NCBI RefSeq assembly: GCF_009914755.1 | Contig: NC_060935.1 | DNA length: 64,000 bases | Source: the human T2T-CHM13v2.0 reference genome, Homo sapiens | Strand: one strand, 5' to 3' | Shown: positions 1 to 64,000 of the stretch, one piece after another | How the letters are laid out: each line of letters begins with the position of its first letter | How positions within the stretch are numbered: position 1 is the stretch's first letter | Translations under genes and position numbers: made by a program | The notes under the pieces: generated by a model | What the model saw: only the letters and a program-made list of their open reading frames with translations | What the model was told of the DNA's origin: nothing | Database searches by the model: none

Positions 1-28
1 TGCAGGCATGAGACACCGCGCCCGGCCT

Positions 29-377
29 GCCTTGTCCCTTCTTAAAATGAGTTGTCCATTTGTAAGCTGCTGATTTCTTTGGGACATTGTCTCCGTAAAC
101 TTTTCATAAAGCATCAGTGATTTCACCATTCTTCCACCCAAGCTTCACCGTAAATTTGTTGTTTGTTCTTGCTTCAATTTCAGCAGAATTCATTTAGCTC
201 TGATAAGGGCTCGCTTCAAACTGATGTCTTATCCTTCTTAGTGCCTCAAACTACATCCTGTTCACTCATGTTATAGCAAGTTAGTGTGAGTTTATTTTGG
301 TGCACAAAAATTTTTTTAAATCCATGCAGTCTTTTTTCATAATACGCATTTTCCATGAACTTTTCGAAGACCCCTTG
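29..377 (-). mobile_element. HSMAR2 mariner 5' end with TIR and a decayed transposase N-terminus
   Basis: TIR-like AGGGGTCTTCGAAAAGTTCATGGAAAATGCG next to TA (378-379); ATG at 193 reads MNSAEIEARTNNKFTVKLGWKNGEITDAL*KVYGDNVPKK. Confidence 0.85.
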
Positions 378-414
378 TAGATGTCTGTTGTTTAAACCAC
401 CCAGTTTACAGTAA

Positions 415-2125
<1,711 letters not shown>

Positions 2126-2304
2126 TAAAAATATATATATGAAAATATATAAGAAATGGGCCTCCCAGGAATTAAGGTGTTTGCGGGAGTCCTGGTCCCC
2201 AGTTTTTCTGCCAACACTCCCTGTTCCCACACATGACCTGGTCCAGACCCCAAACAGCCAGGCCCAAAGGACAGGTGAGGCGAGGCGAGAACTTGTGCCT
2301 CCCC

Positions 2305-2400
2305 GTGTTCCTGCTCTTTGTCCCTCTGTCCTACTTAGACTAATATTTGCCTTGGGTACTGCAAACAGGAAATGGGGGAGGGACAGGAGTAGGGCGGAGG
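2305..2400 (+). promoter_or_regulatory. F2 upstream liver enhancer (about -0.9 kb)
   Basis: Clustered motifs: HNF4/DR1-like TGCTCTTTGTCCC (2312-2324), HNF1-like GACTAATATTTGC (2338-2350), FOXA-type TGCAAACA (2360-2367), GC box GGGCGG (2392-2397). Position matches the described prothrombin enhancer. Confidence 0.8.
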
Positions 2401-2849
2401 GTAGGGTAGGACCAGAAGCCTCTCTAGGCCTGCCATGGGGCAGGCAGCCAGGGAGAAGGAGGGCCCCTCAGTGGAGACCCAGGGATTTCAGTAGCCCCTG
2501 TTCCGGGACAGGCGCAGGTCCTGGGAGGTGACAGAAGATAGACTAAAGGCCCAAGAGTCCCTGGACCTGACTCCTCCCAGGCAGCTGCCACACACAAACA
2601 CACCTCCAGGCACCCTGGACAGGAAGGAGGAGAAATGGGCCCCTCCTCCAGTGGCTGAGAAGCTGGGGCAAATGTTGGCTGTTCCTATCCCTGGTGCATC
2701 CCATGGCGAGGGGCAACTTCCATCAGGCCACACCTTTTATCTTTGTCTCTATTTTTGATATCTGTGTATTATGATTATACAAACCCCCACATTGGCCTAT
2801 ATGTGCAGATCTGATTAAGAACTTACGATATTCCATGGACATTCCATTC

Positions 2850-2930
2850 CTAATCTCCTTTAGTCCTCACAACAAAGTATTATTCCCATTGTATAGATGA
2901 GGAAACTGAGGCACACAGAGATGACAAGCA
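2850..2930 (+). mobile_element. MIR fragment
   Basis: MIR core AGATGAGGAAACTGAGGCAC. Confidence 0.7.
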
Positions 2931-2999
2931 ACCACCGCTATATGTTAGGATTCGAAGGAGCTCCAGGAAAGTCTCATAGCCCCACTGGCCAGAATGGGC

Positions 3000-24234
<21,235 letters not shown>

Positions 24235-24281
24235 GGGGCCACTCATATTCTGGGCTCCTGGAACCAATCCCGTGAAAGAAT

Positions 24282-24331
24282 TATTTTTGTGTTTCTAAAA
24301 CTATGGTTCCCAATAAAAGTGACTCTCAGCG
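24282..24331 (+). terminator. F2 3'-end signals: U-rich upstream sequence element, AATAAA and CG cleavage site (G20210 position)
   Basis: TATTTTTGTGTTTCT at 24282-24296; AATAAA at 24312-24317; c.*97 falls at 24331 and is G. Confidence 0.92.
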
Positions 24332-24419
24332 AGCCTCAATGCTCCCAGTGCTATTCATGGGCAGCTCTCTGGGCTCAGGAAGAGCCAGTAATACTACTGG
24401 ATAAAGAAGACTTAAGAAT

Positions 24420-27503
<3,084 letters not shown>

Positions 27504-28381
27504 TTTGTAGCCATTCTTTCTAAATATGTCTTTCCACTATAGCAGCAAACGCCTCCATCATCCCTTCAGTGAACAAATACCCACTCCCATGTTCCCACTA
27601 TAAAGGAGAGACAAGTTTAATTTCAGGAGGCTCCGGGGCCACCTGAAAACGATGACTGGAACCTTTACAGGATTAATCTTCCATCAATCTTTCATTTCTT
27701 GGACATCAATTGAATTGAAGGTGGGCTACAATAGGAAAGTTCCTTTGAACTTTATAACTGCCCAAAATCTCCTCCTGAATCCAGAACCTTTTCATCCTGA
27801 AGAGTTTTTCTGACTGTGGAGGGAGGTCCTGTGGAATTTATTCCAGAGGTGAATACTCAGCTCACTTTCTCATCCTTACTCTGACTGAATGTGAAGCAAC
27901 TGTTAGCCTGGACCAAAAGAGACTTATACAACCAAGCAGCAAACCACTAAGATTTCCCAAACTCCATTAGTCAAATGAACACAAATCTAGTTGTAGTGTG
28001 AGAACCACTGAAGCCCAGCCAATCTCTGGGCGCAATCTTGTGTGCCTTTGGTCAGCAAAGTGGTAGGATGCCCAAGAGCTTCTTGAAACGACTGGTGATA
28101 ATTGGAGGGAAATCATGACCAAAATCTCAAAACAAGGAAGGATGAGATTTTTCTGCTCCCTAGGAGCTGTTTGTGGAGAGCAGGGAAGGAGAGTTCCTTC
28201 CATTCCAAAGGAATAAAAGACAGCTCCAAGTCTGTGAGCCAAGAAAAAGGGAAGCTCTGTAAGCAGTAATTAACCTTTCTCTAACTGGCTGAATACCCAG
28301 CTGGTACCAAAAGTTAAAAAATTGCTGCCCAACACTCCATGATATGGAGCATCTTGGGAGTCAGGTATAGTTAATGCAAAC

Positions 28382-28387
28382 TTTATT
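28382..28387 (-). terminator. CKAP5 polyadenylation signal AATAAA (3' UTR about 28365-28848)
   Basis: + strand TTTATT about 460 nt beyond the stop codon. Confidence 0.75.
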
Positions 28388-28848
28388 TATAAAAGACTCT
28401 TAAATTAGTTGTATCATGCCATGCATTCATACAGAATACAGTGACCCTTCAGGGCGACAGAGAAGAGCTCACAAACTGAAAGGAAAACTATTAAAGAGTT
28501 TCTAATATTAACTATTAAAAAGCTAGGAAAGATTAGGACAATTTTACAAATGAGCAATTAAAAAGAAAAGAAAAGGATCTGGGAACTAGACTGAGCAGAG
28601 AGGGGGCAGCTGTTTACAAGTCTGTACACTAAACTCATCCACGGACAGTCTTCTAGAGCAGCAGGACGCTGACAGAGAGAAGCAGAGTATGTACAAATAC
28701 TTGTGCCACAATGACTCCTCCCCCTAGCTCCACGGCATGATACATACAACCAGTTTGTATACACTAGGCCTGCTGAGGCCATTTTAAACTATGAGGACTT
28801 CTAGTTTAGTAAACTAAAGCTGCAGGGTGCCGGGGGAGTGGGGCAGCT

Positions 28849-63477
<34,629 letters not shown>

Positions 63478-63558
63478 CTATACACAAATGAATGAGTAAG
63501 GCTAATGAAATTTATATAGGATATGGGAACAAACAAATTAGAGAGGGTGCCTGTGTCA

Positions 63559-64000
<442 letters not shown>

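Overview
Human genomic DNA, the F2-CKAP5 locus (11p11.2, recognised from the encoded proteins). The + strand holds the complete 14-exon prothrombin gene F2 (CDS 3258-24234, 1869 nt spliced, 622 aa), with its upstream liver enhancer and 3'-end signals. The - strand holds the last 24 exons of CKAP5/ch-TOG (63477 to 28849), convergent with F2. CKAP5 introns contain SNORD67, a degenerate SNORD67 paralogue and the MIR5582 hairpin. The rest is mostly Alu, L1, MIR, L2 and DNA-transposon remnants, and most ORFs in the supplied track are Alu or L1 artefacts. I see no new gene system. The most unusual feature is a perfect 801-bp tandem duplication in F2 intron 4. It has 43 bp of Alu-Alu junction homology and a chimeric Alu, and lies in cis with Met165 (rs5896 T), 19911G and wild-type 20210G. 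Reference comparisons, rs numbers and repeat names are from memory and were not checked against databases.
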